Of a DNA stretch of 36,490 bases, positions 17,047-27,108 are shown piece after piece. Position numbers and translations under genes: made by a program. Position 1 is the stretch's first letter. Every line of letters begins with the position of its first letter. The notes under the pieces were generated by a model. The model made no database searches. It was not told the origin of the DNA and saw only the letters and a program-made list of their open reading frames with translations. The stretch is from IMG/VR virus record IMGVR_UViG_3300025357_000003, positions 1-36,490 of that record. One strand, written 5' to 3'. The stretch is from a virus. Its lineage: Duplodnaviria > Caudoviricetes.

Positions 17047-18768
17047 TTACGCGTAAATTGTTTCGGCGGTCTGCGCGGAGGCAGTCCAACGAATGTTTGT
17101 TGAGGCAGCGCCAGTTGCCGTGATAGCAACAGCCCCGTTAGTTGTGTCGGCAGAAACCGCAATTGCCCAAGATGATGGGTTGGCAAATGTGGTCAACGCG
17201 GAATTAATCAACGTTGTAGTTGCAGCAGTTCCTTCGCGCCGAGCAATACCTTCAATCTTCCATGATGACGTAGATGTCCCGCCAGATGCTTGTTGACGAG
17301 CGGTGATCATGATTGAAAACGTATATGCCGAGTTGTTTGGGAGGTTGATTTGATTAGACGCCCCGGCGGCATTCCCGTCAGTGGTCAAAACAACAGGAGT
17401 TGCGCTTGTGGTAGAAGCGTAAAGAACTTTTCCTTCAGCTTGAAAGTTACCAGAACCAGTTTGGAATGTAGTTCCGATATGCAAAGGAGAAGTTACCGAA
17501 GTGGTAAAATTCGGGTTCATGATGGTGTCCAACGTCACGTTGGCACGACCATTTGCAGAGTCATCTGCTGTTGTAACAGTGACTATGCTGCCAGGGATAA
17601 AGTTGTGTATCTGACGAGTGCCAACCGCAACACCATTGTTTTGAACGGTTACAAGTTGTTGAGTAGTGTTGGCGACAACCGATAAGGTTCTGTCCGCAGT
17701 TAAATCGCCGCCGCCTGTCAGACCTGTGCCGGTGCTGATAAGTCTGGTGTTTGGAACGGCTCCGCTAACTTGGCCTACCGCGATGCTGATCTGCGTGTTT
17801 GACGCCGCTGTAAGACGCCCCTGCGCGTCAACCGTGAAACTTCCGGTGTAGCTTGCATTGCCATAACTCCCCGCTGTTACTGTTGTGTTGGCAAGATTGG
17901 CCGTAACCGCAGTTGATCCGTTAAACGATGTTCCGGTCAACCCAGTGCCAAGAGTTAACGTTGCGGTTGTGTTAGCGGTTACAGTACCAGAACCGCCCAA
18001 GCTGATGGCTGTGCCGTTGATTGTTACACTAGAATTTGTCAGCCCTGAGTTTGGAATAGTCGTGTTTATAGCCGAAGCCGGAATGCTGATCGCAGCATTT
18101 GCCGCCGCCGTAAGCTGCCCCTGTCCGTTGACCGTAAATGTCCCAACAGTAGAAGCGTTCCCGTAGGAGCCAGCGGTCACAGTCGTGCTGGCAATGCTGA
18201 TGGTTCCGGTTGTTGTAATAGGCCCGCCAGTGAGCCCCGTACCCGTGCCAACACTGGTTACGGTTCCTATCCCAGCAGTAGTTATAGAAACGTTGGACGC
18301 GCTGGTAATTCTGCCTTGAGCATCAATGGCAATTTGGGCAACATGCGTCCCGTCGCCGTACGTACCGGCTGTAACAGCGGTATTTGCCAAGTTGACAGTG
18401 ACATTGGCGTTGAGCTGGCCGCCGCCAGACATGCCCGTTCCCGCCAAAACGTATGTTGTATTTGGCGTTGCGCCGACATTGGCTGCCGTCAAATTTACGG
18501 CGCCAGTCTGCCCATTTACTGACACCACCAAGTCGGTGTTGTCAATTTTCTGCCAAGCTGTTCCGTTAAAAACGGCCCAATCGCTAACTTGCCAATCGGT
18601 TATGCCGTCAAGATTTGTTGAACCAGCTACGGATACAACATAATAATATCCTTGAGTCCCAACGCCAGATGCAAGCGTAGGCGTATTGGAACTGGCGTTC
18701 CAAGTGCCTTGATAAACTAGAGCGCCAGAAGTTCCGCCGCCCGCTCCACCACCTGCAACCTTGAGCAT
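17047..18768 (-). CDS. Tail fibre protein
   Basis: YQGTWNAS.NTPTL N-terminus; repeated GTGLTGG and VTAGSYG..VDAQGR units. Confidence 0.8.
   Translation of the reverse strand: MLKVAGGGAGGGTSGALVYQGTWNASSNTPTLASGVGTQGYYYVVSVAGSTNLDGITDWQVSDWAVFNGTAWQKIDNTDLVVSVNGQTGAVNLTAANVGATPNTTYVLAGTGMSGGGQLNANVTVNLANTAVTAGTYGDGTHVAQIAIDAQGRITSASNVSITTAGIGTVTSVGTGTGLTGGPITTTGTISIASTTVTAGSYGNASTVGTFTVNGQGQLTAAANAAISIPASAINTTIPNSGLTNSSVTINGTAISLGGSGTVTANTTATLTLGTGLTGTSFNGSTAVTANLANTTVTAGSYGNASYTGSFTVDAQGRLTAASNTQISIAVGQVSGAVPNTRLISTGTGLTGGGDLTADRTLSVVANTTQQLVTVQNNGVAVGTRQIHNFIPGSIVTVTTADDSANGRANVTLDTIMNPNFTTSVTSPLHIGTTFQTGSGNFQAEGKVLYASTTSATPVVLTTDGNAAGASNQINLPNNSAYTFSIMITARQQASGGTSTSSWKIEGIARREGTAATTTLINSALTTFANPSSWAIAVSADTTNGAVAITATGAASTNIRWTASAQTAETIYA
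17797..18391 (-). repeat. Three diverged internal fibre repeats (T.VTAG.YG...V/I(D/N).QG..T.A.N); boundaries approximate
   Basis: Visible in the translation of 17047-18768. Confidence 0.7.
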
Positions 18769-18775
18769 TTGAACC

Positions 18776-19105
18776 TCACAGACCGTCGCCTGGTGTAATG
18801 TATATCACAGCCGACCCAGATGCGGTTATTCCCGTGAAATATGCGTTCCCTTCAAACGTCAAAATTTCATCCGTGTTTGGAAGAAGGGGTATGCTGAACT
18901 GACTGCTGGTCACAATTAGAGCGTTGTTGGATGCGTCCGTGCTTGTTGTACCGTGGCTAAGAAAAACCACCACAGTGCCCGTGTTGATGATCCGGTACTG
19001 AGTTCCCGCAATGATGCGAGACACGGCCTGAACCGGCGATGGGGCGCTTGTAGCAGCCGTGAATGTTACGGTGTTACCCATAGGGGTGAATGCTTGAATA
19101 CCCAT
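18776..19105 (-). CDS. Putative virion protein
   Basis: Beta-rich, MGIQAFTP...YITPGDGL; TAATG-coupled. Confidence 0.7.
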   Translation of the reverse strand: MGIQAFTPMGNTVTFTAATSAPSPVQAVSRIIAGTQYRIINTGTVVVFLSHGTTSTDASNNALIVTSSQFSIPLLPNTDEILTFEGNAYFTGITASGSAVIYITPGDGL

Positions 19106-19434
19106 TATGCGCTCCAAGGAAGAGGCGGCGTCACCACCGGGGGATTAGCCTGATTAGCGATGTTGGTGGCAAGATTTGCTTCGATGCTGGCGACCTGTTC
19201 AGGGCCAAGCGCCATCTGCACCCAACCAACAACTTGGCTCTGCGTCAACTGAGAGTAAGGCGTGTAAGGTGTGCCAGCCACATAAGTGACGCCAACCGTG
19301 CCGTAGCTGGTGGCGCTGTATGTGCCGTTTGTAGCATTGACGCGCCAATGAACAGTGAAAACCACATCCGTCTGCCCCTCGGCTTGCGGATAGCAATCCA
19401 TCTGCTCAATAACCCATGTGTTAGTGACACTCAT
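19105..19434 (-). CDS. Tail fibre assembly-associated protein
   Basis: DVVFTVHW...YSQLT...V.GWV...LPW pattern; follows the chaperone-bearing fibre. Confidence 0.7.
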   Translation of the reverse strand: MSVTNTWVIEQMDCYPQAEGQTDVVFTVHWRVNATNGTYSATSYGTVGVTYVAGTPYTPYSQLTQSQVVGWVQMALGPEQVASIEANLATNIANQANPPVVTPPLPWSA

Positions 19435-20609
19435 TATTTAGCCTCCAACGCAGCGATGCGGGCGGTAAGGGCGTCGTTCTTGGCGGATAGTTCTTGGATG
19501 GCTTTGACAAGGATAGGGATAAGGCCAGCCGCTCCAACGGTTTTTATGCTTGTGCCATCGTCTGCTTTATCCAAGCTTTCATCAACAAACTCCGGCACAA
19601 CAGTTTTAAACTCTTGAGCAATGAAGCCGATGTCATTTTTCTTATCAAGACCTTTGCCATCTTTCCAATCAAAGCGGCGTGGTTGCAGCGCCATAATTTG
19701 TTCAAGACCGTATTCCAACGGCCTAATGTTTTCTTTAAGGCGTTCATCCGAAATAGATTGCACTGTTGTGTTAGTTGCAAAAATAGCGCCGTCATTTCGC
19801 ACATAAAACCGATAAGCACTTGCCCCCGTGGAATACACAAACAAGGACGAACTACTGCTGTTGCTTCCAGCGGTGTTAATCATCACACCCGGGGTACCGC
19901 CGCCGCTCAAAGAAGGCAAAACCTTAAAGCCGTTACCTGTTGTCAATGCAGCATCTGTCGTCCCCACCAGCACATTGCCGCTGGTGTCGAAAATTGCTGC
20001 TTGTGAACCGGCTATAGAAAAACGAAAACCTTCACTAGACGCAGCATCTGTTTCAAAATTAAAATATGGATTGGGGCTGCCGCCCATATACCCAATATAT
20101 GCGTATCGCGTTCCAGAAGCATTATAAAATGCAAGATACCCGGTGTGCGTTGCGTCACCACCTAAAAGCCCAACATAGCCAGCAGAAGTCCCATTTTTGC
20201 CCGCCAAAATGGTGCCATTGACATCAAGTTTCTGGCTTGGCGAACTCGTCCCAATCCCAACATTCTGCGACGTATCAATCGTCATCGCAGTCGATGTGCC
20301 ATTGGTCTGCAACGTTAAGCTGGTGTCGCTGCGATAGGTGGTTGCGTTTAGTGTAGTCGCGTTAATTGTGGTGATATTGCCGGCTGTCGCGGTAATAGTC
20401 GTGAACTTACCTGTCGATGTGGTTGTCGCACCAATTGCAACGTTATCAATTGTACCGCCAGTGATATTGACGTTGGCAAGCGCCGTTGCGCCGTTGCCAA
20501 TTCCATTTACAGCGGCATAAATGGTCGTAAAATCCGTGTCCAATTGAGACAGAGGAATTGAAGTTGTTGCATTAGCAAACGTGTATGGAATTGTGATCGG
20601 GAGCGCCAT
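19434..20609 (-). CDS. Tail fibre/spike with C-terminal intramolecular chaperone (peptidase S74)
   Basis: NVGIGTSSP repeats; SDERLKENI autocleavage motif, GFIAQE, terminal coiled coil. Confidence 0.85.
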   Translation of the reverse strand: MALPITIPYTFANATTSIPLSQLDTDFTTIYAAVNGIGNGATALANVNITGGTIDNVAIGATTTSTGKFTTITATAGNITTINATTLNATTYRSDTSLTLQTNGTSTAMTIDTSQNVGIGTSSPSQKLDVNGTILAGKNGTSAGYVGLLGGDATHTGYLAFYNASGTRYAYIGYMGGSPNPYFNFETDAASSEGFRFSIAGSQAAIFDTSGNVLVGTTDAALTTGNGFKVLPSLSGGGTPGVMINTAGSNSSSSSLFVYSTGASAYRFYVRNDGAIFATNTTVQSISDERLKENIRPLEYGLEQIMALQPRRFDWKDGKGLDKKNDIGFIAQEFKTVVPEFVDESLDKADDGTSIKTVGAAGLIPILVKAIQELSAKNDALTARIAALEAK

Positions 20610-22831
20610 CAGAACCTCACTCTTTGTTCGTATTCCATTTCCATCGTGTTAAGTGTGAACGACGGTACGGATGATGTGATTGTAAGACCGAGATATTTCC
20701 CATATTGCTGCGCATCGGATTTGTAGAGTTGATACCCAGAACCGCCCGCCCAAGTCACCGCAAAATTAGAATTGTTTTTCCAACCAATTGTGTTGCCAAG
20801 ATAATTGGTCCAATAAACCACATTGGACAAAACGTATGTCGGGCTTGTATTTGACTCACTGTCCACGGTGACGTTTAAGATAACATCTTGGTTTGACGTC
20901 ACTTCAACGGCAAATTTAAGGGCTTGCTTGGTGCGTATTGTGTCCTGCATGGGCCACAAAGCACTTGTGATCGTTGTGTTAATTGCAGATGTGTTGTCCG
21001 AATACAGGGACAAAAGATTGGTTCCGCCAGTCCCATAAAGATACAATTTCTTTGCCGTCGTTACCGGGAAAGCGCGTTTGATTGTACCTTGACTGGTGAC
21101 AAACCATTTCTTGTCGAAGAAGACAAGCTGGATGGGACGTGTGCCCTGCACGGGGTCGTTGTAGTAGACGTTGAATGCCGCGCACAAAATGTTGTTGACA
21201 AGAACCTGACCGCCAGAAATCGGTTGGGTGAAGTCGATGAGAGGAAACACGCCGTCAAGCGCATCTGAAATTTTGCTGACCGTTGCGCCGATCAGAGCAA
21301 ACACGCCGTAGTCGTTGATGAAAAGCAGCGAACGGAAATACGGGAATATCCCGTCGTAATAGACCGAACCCGTCGATGCCGAGACGTTTGTGTTGGTGAA
21401 CAGCGTGTTGCCGGTTGTCGTCACGCGCACATCCGAGAACACGTTGATACTGTCGTCGCCAAAAACGTACAGGAAGTTGTTGGCTGAAATGAGGGCAGAG
21501 ATGTTGCTGTGCAGCGTATCGTCAGTGATCTGCACAAGACCGGCTGATACGCTCACAAAGTCGTTGTACTGCCCTGCGGCGCTGTAGAAGACGGTGCGGC
21601 CCTGAGAAATCCAGACGCGGCCCTGAAAGCTGGCAACGTCAGACGTTGTGTTGCTGGTCAGCAGAGCGTTTGCCGTGGCCGCTGTAGTCGGAGAGCCACC
21701 GCTGAAGCTGACGGCTGGTGCAGAGGTGTAGCCAGCGCCAGGATCGGTTACAACAATCTGCGTAACGATTTCGCCAAACACAATTGCGGTTGCTTGAGCA
21801 ATCCGGCTGTATCCGCCGCCTGTAAATACGACTGTGGGAGCCGATGCGTATCCTGCGCCGCCGCTCGTAACGACAACGCCAATGGTTCCGGTGGCAAACG
21901 TCAGAGGACCGGCCACCGCAGCAGCTCCAGATCCGCCACCGCCGCTGAATGAAAGGGTTGGGGCGCTTGTGTAGCCAGAACCCGCGTTGGTGACGCTCAA
22001 CGATGTAACAAGTCCAGAGCCCACCGTTGCGGTTGCTGCTGCACTGCTGCCGGGTCCGCCAAACGTCACGCCGGGGGCCGTTGTGTACCCGTAACCAGGG
22101 TTTGTGATCTGGATGGATGTTACCGCGTTGGCAGTGATGCTGGTGACAACAGCTGTCGCCTGAACGCCATACGGGTTTGTAGGTGGCGCAATCGTTACCG
22201 TCGGAAATTGCGTATATCCTGTACCACCATTGGTGATCGAGATATTGGTGATCGTGCTTGCAGCATTGGAAATGGCCGCCACGACGGTCGCCTGAACGCC
22301 GTTGGATTGATTGGGCGCGCTCACAGTCACGTCAGGCGGGGTGGTGTACCCAGAACCTGTGTTGGTGATGCCAACAGACCCAATAGACCCAACAGAAATC
22401 AGGCTCACCGCGTCCCAAGTGAAGTACCCCTTGGAAGGGTCAGAAATGATGGCGCGCTCGTTCTTCCACTGTTTCATGCGAACGCCGGTTGCGCTGAATG
22501 TGCCTGCGCCAGCCAACGTGCCTTTTGTGTTGTCGCTGAGTTTCAGATATTCAGCTCTGCCATCAGCCTCAAACGCAACGATGTAGTCGATGTTGTTGAT
22601 GTTGCAGCTGTAGATTGAAGAGACAGTGTTTGCCCAAGCGAGCGCAGACCCGCTGGCCTGAACCGTAGATGAGGTTCCAACAACTTTCAGATTGCCAAAG
22701 CCGATTGGCTGAACGTTCTCAAGCCAAGCAAACTCTTCATCATCAAGTGCGGTTCTGTTGGGCCTTGTGTTGAGACCCTTGAAGGACTTGACGACCTGAT
22801 AGTTTTTTTTCTGTTCAGGTGACGCCGCCAT
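20609..22831 (-). CDS. Putative tail nozzle / tubular protein B with repeat insertion
   Basis: 740 aa beta-rich; ASFQGRVW...VFYSA; internal ITNxGxGYTxAPxV repeats; follows the adaptor. Confidence 0.65.
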   Translation of the reverse strand: MAASPEQKKNYQVVKSFKGLNTRPNRTALDDEEFAWLENVQPIGFGNLKVVGTSSTVQASGSALAWANTVSSIYSCNINNIDYIVAFEADGRAEYLKLSDNTKGTLAGAGTFSATGVRMKQWKNERAIISDPSKGYFTWDAVSLISVGSIGSVGITNTGSGYTTPPDVTVSAPNQSNGVQATVVAAISNAASTITNISITNGGTGYTQFPTVTIAPPTNPYGVQATAVVTSITANAVTSIQITNPGYGYTTAPGVTFGGPGSSAAATATVGSGLVTSLSVTNAGSGYTSAPTLSFSGGGGSGAAAVAGPLTFATGTIGVVVTSGGAGYASAPTVVFTGGGYSRIAQATAIVFGEIVTQIVVTDPGAGYTSAPAVSFSGGSPTTAATANALLTSNTTSDVASFQGRVWISQGRTVFYSAAGQYNDFVSVSAGLVQITDDTLHSNISALISANNFLYVFGDDSINVFSDVRVTTTGNTLFTNTNVSASTGSVYYDGIFPYFRSLLFINDYGVFALIGATVSKISDALDGVFPLIDFTQPISGGQVLVNNILCAAFNVYYNDPVQGTRPIQLVFFDKKWFVTSQGTIKRAFPVTTAKKLYLYGTGGTNLLSLYSDNTSAINTTITSALWPMQDTIRTKQALKFAVEVTSNQDVILNVTVDSESNTSPTYVLSNVVYWTNYLGNTIGWKNNSNFAVTWAGGSGYQLYKSDAQQYGKYLGLTITSSVPSFTLNTMEMEYEQRVRF

Positions 22832-22832
22832 G

Positions 22833-23468
22833 TCAGTACACCTGACTGTAGACGTCCGGTATCCGGCGCTGGAACGACGTTGCCAGAACGTTTTGAACCT
22901 TCTTCAGGTACTCTTGCTTGAAGATTTCCGCTTCACCATAGCTCTGCTCTTTGTACTTGGCTGTGCCAGCCGCGTAGTACGGAACAGGGTCGGTATAGGG
23001 AAGCGGGATCGTCTCAACGTCAGAAAGCGCAACCAGATCAACTGGCTGAACAACAGTGTCAAGCTCGATTTGATATGTTTGATCCGGCACGGGACCAACG
23101 TAGAAACTCTGGCTGCCGTAGATTGAATAGCAGATGGGGCGACCGATGTAGTTCTGCCAATAACGCAACTGGCTGTTGAACTGCGTCCACGGCTGGTAGC
23201 GGAGCGGGACGCGCGAGTTGCCCCAGTAAAGATTAAAGTTCACGATGTCGAGCGTGAGAGAGCCGCGCGGAAGAGACGAGAAGGTGTAGACCTCTTGGTT
23301 CTGATACACGTTGCTGCTCTGAATAACCCTGTTGACGCCGGTATCACGAACGAGCCTGTTGCGGGCGTCGTTGATGTAATCCGTCAGCTCCTGGTCAGTC
23401 CAGAAGTTTGCATTAGCGTCGTGCAGCAACCGGCGGGTTGTTGTGATGTAGCTCTGTAGCGTGGTCAT
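22833..23468 (-). CDS. Putative head-tail adaptor / tubular protein A
   Basis: FWTDQELTDYINDA..., YVGPVPDQTY, VPYYAA..AK.K pattern. Confidence 0.7.
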   Translation of the reverse strand: MTTLQSYITTTRRLLHDANANFWTDQELTDYINDARNRLVRDTGVNRVIQSSNVYQNQEVYTFSSLPRGSLTLDIVNFNLYWGNSRVPLRYQPWTQFNSQLRYWQNYIGRPICYSIYGSQSFYVGPVPDQTYQIELDTVVQPVDLVALSDVETIPLPYTDPVPYYAAGTAKYKEQSYGEAEIFKQEYLKKVQNVLATSFQRRIPDVYSQVY

Positions 23469-23480
23469 GTACGCCCCACA

Positions 23481-23822
23481 TCATGCGGCTGCCTGCGTCC
23501 CTTTTCCCCGCTCCCGTTTTTCAAGAACAGGGGCGGGGAACCGGCCTACCGCTGGGGACGTTGCGCGATAGTCGTCTGGCCGCTCTTCGGTGATCTCAAA
23601 CTTCGAAAGTCGTTCAAGAGCCTGCGGCAAATCATTTGAGTCTTTTGTCCAGCCGAAGCGAACTACAAACTCAAACTTGTCGTCTAGGCGATACCCAAAA
23701 AGGTTTTGAGCAACATCCAATGACACTTCCACCGGCTTGGATGGAGGGAAATTGTAAAACTCCCCATGCCATTGACTTGTTAGCTCTGCGTCCGTTTTGT
23801 TTACCACCCAGACATTGTTCAT
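23481..23822 (-). CDS. Hypothetical protein
   Basis: TGATG-coupled; 113 aa. Confidence 0.65.
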   Translation of the reverse strand: MNNVWVVNKTDAELTSQWHGEFYNFPPSKPVEVSLDVAQNLFGYRLDDKFEFVVRFGWTKDSNDLPQALERLSKFEITEERPDDYRATSPAVGRFPAPVLEKRERGKGTQAAA

Positions 23823-24277
23823 CAGAAGCTCACAACGTCGCCGTAAACATTGACCTGGCAAGCAGCGTTCGCCACGTTGGCCGTCACGTTCACAAAGAGC
23901 GCGTTGGCCTGAAAGACGATGGCGGCAGTGTTTGCGTTCAGACCGGAACCGGGCGTCATATCGACGTAGCTGGTGCCGTTCGTGAGGTTGGTCAGTGTCA
24001 CCGTGCCCGTCACCAAGTTAGCGCCGTCGTTAGACGTGCCGATGGTGATGTTTGCGGTTGCAGCGTTGGGAGCCGTGCCGCCAGCCGTATTGTAGAGGTT
24101 AGACACCACAATACGACGGAGGATGTAGCCACCAGAACCGGCCATTCCGCCGCTGAGAATTGGCATGATGCCAACAGCGTTAGCCGTAGCTGACAAAAGG
24201 ACGTTCTGAGCCCTGGCAATGCGATAATTGCCAAAGCTGTCTTGTGTATTTTGGCCTACTGAGTCAGGACTAGCCAT
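23822..24277 (-). CDS. Putative capsid decoration/virion protein
   Basis: GAGG RBS; A/N/T-rich beta protein downstream of the capsid gene. Confidence 0.65.
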   Translation of the reverse strand: MASPDSVGQNTQDSFGNYRIARAQNVLLSATANAVGIMPILSGGMAGSGGYILRRIVVSNLYNTAGGTAPNAATANITIGTSNDGANLVTGTVTLTNLTNGTSYVDMTPGSGLNANTAAIVFQANALFVNVTANVANAACQVNVYGDVVSF

Positions 24278-24285
24278 GTGTCACC

Positions 24286-24648
24286 TCAAGAAGCGTTGTA
24301 GGTGCCCGAAGCTGCCTGACCACCGTTGACCGTGTACAGCGTGACCGTCTGAGTGCCCGTGGAGGCATTCGCACGAACGTTGTAGCCGTCCGAAACCAGA
24401 ACGGGCGCAACGGTGTTCGCCGCAACAAGCGTGACCCAAGAGTTCGCAGTACCAGTGTACTGGTTAAACTCGATGACCACGTTGGCCGTGGAAGGGTAAA
24501 CGTACAGACCGGCAGGGATGAACTGCGAGGTGAGCATCGCAGTCGAGTTGCCGGAGCCGACGTTGGAAACCACGACGGGCTCAAAGTACGCACCGGGGGT
24601 GTTGGCCGAAGCGTTAGCAAGGATGATCTTTTGAAGAGCAAGTGCCAT
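24286..24648 (-). CDS. Putative capsid decoration protein
   Basis: AAGGAG RBS; immediately after the capsid gene, with similar strong codon bias. Confidence 0.65.
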   Translation of the reverse strand: MALALQKIILANASANTPGAYFEPVVVSNVGSGNSTAMLTSQFIPAGLYVYPSTANVVIEFNQYTGTANSWVTLVAANTVAPVLVSDGYNVRANASTGTQTVTLYTVNGGQAASGTYNAS

Positions 24649-24660
24649 GGGGCGATCTCC

Positions 24661-25677
24661 TTAGAGGCTGAGAGAATTGTAGCCCGTCACCTTAGTCATG
24701 GACTTAGGCTTCGTGCTGACAAGCTCTGCAATGTTGATGACCGCGCCGACGTAGCCAATCTGCCAGTTGGGCAGGGTGGACTCAAAGCCGGTGAACACAA
24801 ACTGGCCCTGCTCATGGATGTAGAGCGACAGGTAGTTGGTGTTGAGGAGGTACAGAGTACCTTCGGGGCAGTACGGATCGGGGTAGATCGGAACGCCAGC
24901 GACCATGAGGGCGCGGAACGCGGCCTGCGGGCCGTTCGCATCGCCATCGAACCCGTGACCGGGGGTGATGACATACTGTTCCTGACCAACGTAATCCTGC
25001 GCGAGCAGGGTCCAGGTGCCGAAGCCGCAGACGCCGAACGTGGGCACTTCCGCGCCGTACTTGACGGTGCCGGAGATGTACTGAAGGACGTTCTGACGGG
25101 TCGGGTTGACCGAGCCAGCAGCGTAGACCTTTGAACGCCACCAGGGGTTTGTGGTCGAGGAACGGGTGATGTTGCCGTAGGTGGCAGTGCCCGTGCCATC
25201 GTCCACCGCAGCCGGGAGGCCGGTGAACTGCTGGGTGTTCGTGGTGTTGGTGTAGAGGGCCGTCGCCATCGCGTCCATCATCACGTTGGTCGCATCGTTC
25301 ATGCGAGCTTCGATGAGGGGGATGATAGCGTGGTCCTGCTGAACGGCGCCTTCCATACCGAGGAACGGCACGGGGGCGATCATCAGCTTCAGGGTGAACT
25401 CAGCGTTGTAAGCACCCTGCTGGACGGACGGCTGCTGGAAGGAGCCGCTGTAATCCGACCACTGAGCGTTTACGAACTGCGCGCCCTGAACGGGAACCGT
25501 CACGGAGGACACACCGCCCGTAGCCGTCTGGCTATTGGCAATGAGCGCCGCCATGAGCGGTGTCGAGTTGTAAATCTGCACGACCATCTTGGGGATGAAC
25601 GCGCGGCGGGTAACGTAAGTCAGTTCTGTAAACTGGCTACTACCCGTAGACGGGAGAATGCCGCCACCGATTGCCAT
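24661..25677 (-). CDS. Major capsid protein
   Basis: 338 aa after the scaffold; GVPIYPDPYCPEGTLYLLN resembles the HK97-fold C-terminal motif; strongly biased codons. Confidence 0.85.
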   Translation of the reverse strand: MAIGGGILPSTGSSQFTELTYVTRRAFIPKMVVQIYNSTPLMAALIANSQTATGGVSSVTVPVQGAQFVNAQWSDYSGSFQQPSVQQGAYNAEFTLKLMIAPVPFLGMEGAVQQDHAIIPLIEARMNDATNVMMDAMATALYTNTTNTQQFTGLPAAVDDGTGTATYGNITRSSTTNPWWRSKVYAAGSVNPTRQNVLQYISGTVKYGAEVPTFGVCGFGTWTLLAQDYVGQEQYVITPGHGFDGDANGPQAAFRALMVAGVPIYPDPYCPEGTLYLLNTNYLSLYIHEQGQFVFTGFESTLPNWQIGYVGAVINIAELVSTKPKSMTKVTGYNSLSL

Positions 25678-25722
25678 ATCTTACCTCATCGTTTCTAAGT
25701 GACACTCGTCCCCGTCACACGC

Positions 25723-26268
25723 TCAAAGACCGATTGGCCTTGGATTTTTGCGAAGTTCATTCAGCGCTTCCGCCGCAACTTCACGCGCAGCCCTCACATG
25801 ATTGCCGCCCATAAACCTCTTCAGAGTGTTATGAGCAGTCTCGTCAATCACATTCCGACTGAACACCTTTGGAGCGGTAGGCGTTGCCGCCTGACGCATC
25901 CAATTGTAGTAGTCTGCGGCTGCTTCATGAGACGTGATGCCCTTCTCAAGCATCAGCTTCTCAATCTCCGCAATATCATCCTCTTTCACGCCCTTGCTGC
26001 GAACAAGCGTTCTGCGACGGCGTTCCAGTTCTTCCAACGCTTCCTTCTCGCGAAGCTTGCCCTCAAGCTGCTCCATGCGAGACTGCTGCTGCTCAAACCG
26101 AGAAGCCATGTCATCCTTCAAATCAATCTCACCGATTGGCATGTTAGGACGAGCGGCCTTGGTCAGGCGAAGGAAGGACTCGCGGGTGTTGGGATTGTCG
26201 GCCAATTCCCGCGCGAGGGCCGCGAGTTCGTCGCGGGCTTCAGGTGTAAGATCTTCGAGCGAAGCCAT
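25723..26268 (-). CDS. Putative scaffolding protein
   Basis: Charged coiled-coil protein directly before the capsid gene. Confidence 0.65.
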   Translation of the reverse strand: MASLEDLTPEARDELAALARELADNPNTRESFLRLTKAARPNMPIGEIDLKDDMASRFEQQQSRMEQLEGKLREKEALEELERRRRTLVRSKGVKEDDIAEIEKLMLEKGITSHEAAADYYNWMRQAATPTAPKVFSRNVIDETAHNTLKRFMGGNHVRAAREVAAEALNELRKNPRPIGL

Positions 26269-26286
26269 TTGTGTCCCCTTTTAGCT

Positions 26287-26472
26287 TCAGATGACTTTCT
26301 TGCCATCACCCGGCGGCTTGATGCCGTACTGGTTCTTGGAACCAATCTTGGACGCCCCAGACAGGCCGCCAAGGTGCGCAAAACGCGGGGTGTTGGTAAT
26401 CTGACCATTCTGCTGCTGGTCAGTGGTGGGATTGCGGGGCTTGGAAGCGCCGCGAGGCTTAAACACGTCCAT
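26287..26472 (-). CDS. 61-aa basic protein
   Basis: AAGGAG RBS; MDVFKPRGASKPRNP... Confidence 0.7.
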   Translation of the reverse strand: MDVFKPRGASKPRNPTTDQQQNGQITNTPRFAHLGGLSGASKIGSKNQYGIKPPGDGKKVI

Positions 26473-26482
26473 GTTAATCTCC

Positions 26483-26980
26483 TTACATCGGTGACGGTGC
26501 ACCGCCGGGTGGCATACCCGGTGGCATTGCGGGAGGCCCGCCCGCCGGGGCACCGCCCGGCGCAGCAGCGGGAGGCTGCGGACCCATAAGGCCAAGGTTT
26601 GGGGGACCACCGGCAATCGCGCGCGACACCGGGGTTCCACCGCCCGCTTGGGGCAAATTCTGAAGGAGCTGAAGGATTTCGGCGCTCTGAAGCTCGTTGG
26701 TCTTCTGCTTCTTGGGGCCGAGCACGGAAGAGAGCTTGGAGAGGGCGGCCATCAGGCTCTGACCCTCAGGGGTCTCAGAACCAATGGCGGGAAGGGACTG
26801 TTCGATCAGATCAAGAGCCATGCTCACATTGATCATTGCTGCTTCCCGCTGGCCCTGTTTCGGTTCGGGCGTGGACATCGGGGAAGGCATGGGGGGAGGC
26901 GTCATAGCCGGACCAGCCCCAGGAGGCGGTGCGCCGTCCTGCTGGCTTTGCATCAGAGCCATAATGTCCTGGTCTGCCAT
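26483..26980 (-). CDS. Pro/Gly-rich head-module protein
   Basis: GAGGT RBS; helical core with P-rich ends. Confidence 0.75.
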   Translation of the reverse strand: MADQDIMALMQSQQDGAPPPGAGPAMTPPPMPSPMSTPEPKQGQREAAMINVSMALDLIEQSLPAIGSETPEGQSLMAALSKLSSVLGPKKQKTNELQSAEILQLLQNLPQAGGGTPVSRAIAGGPPNLGLMGPQPPAAAPGGAPAGGPPAMPPGMPPGGAPSPM

Positions 26981-27033
26981 GTGGTTTACCTCAATTTACA
27001 CATGATTGCCGTACAATGCGGGCAAATGTCAAG

Positions 27034-27103
27034 GGAGGGGTATGTTTTAAGTTCCGCCCCTCCTCGGAACGACTCATGGTCGCGATACGGGACTAACCCG
27101 TAT
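27034..27103 (-). other. Structured RNA element: H-type pseudoknot preceded by hairpins
   Basis: Minus strand GTTCCG-A-GGAGGGG-CGGAAC-TTAAAACATA-CCCCTCC; upstream hairpin ATACGGG/CCCGTAT. Confidence 0.6.
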
Positions 27104-27108
27104 GTTAG

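Noticed and set aside
16385-20609. Diversity-generating retroelement or invertible tail-fibre cassette
   Set aside because: No reverse transcriptase or invertase, and no near-identical template/variable repeat pair seen.
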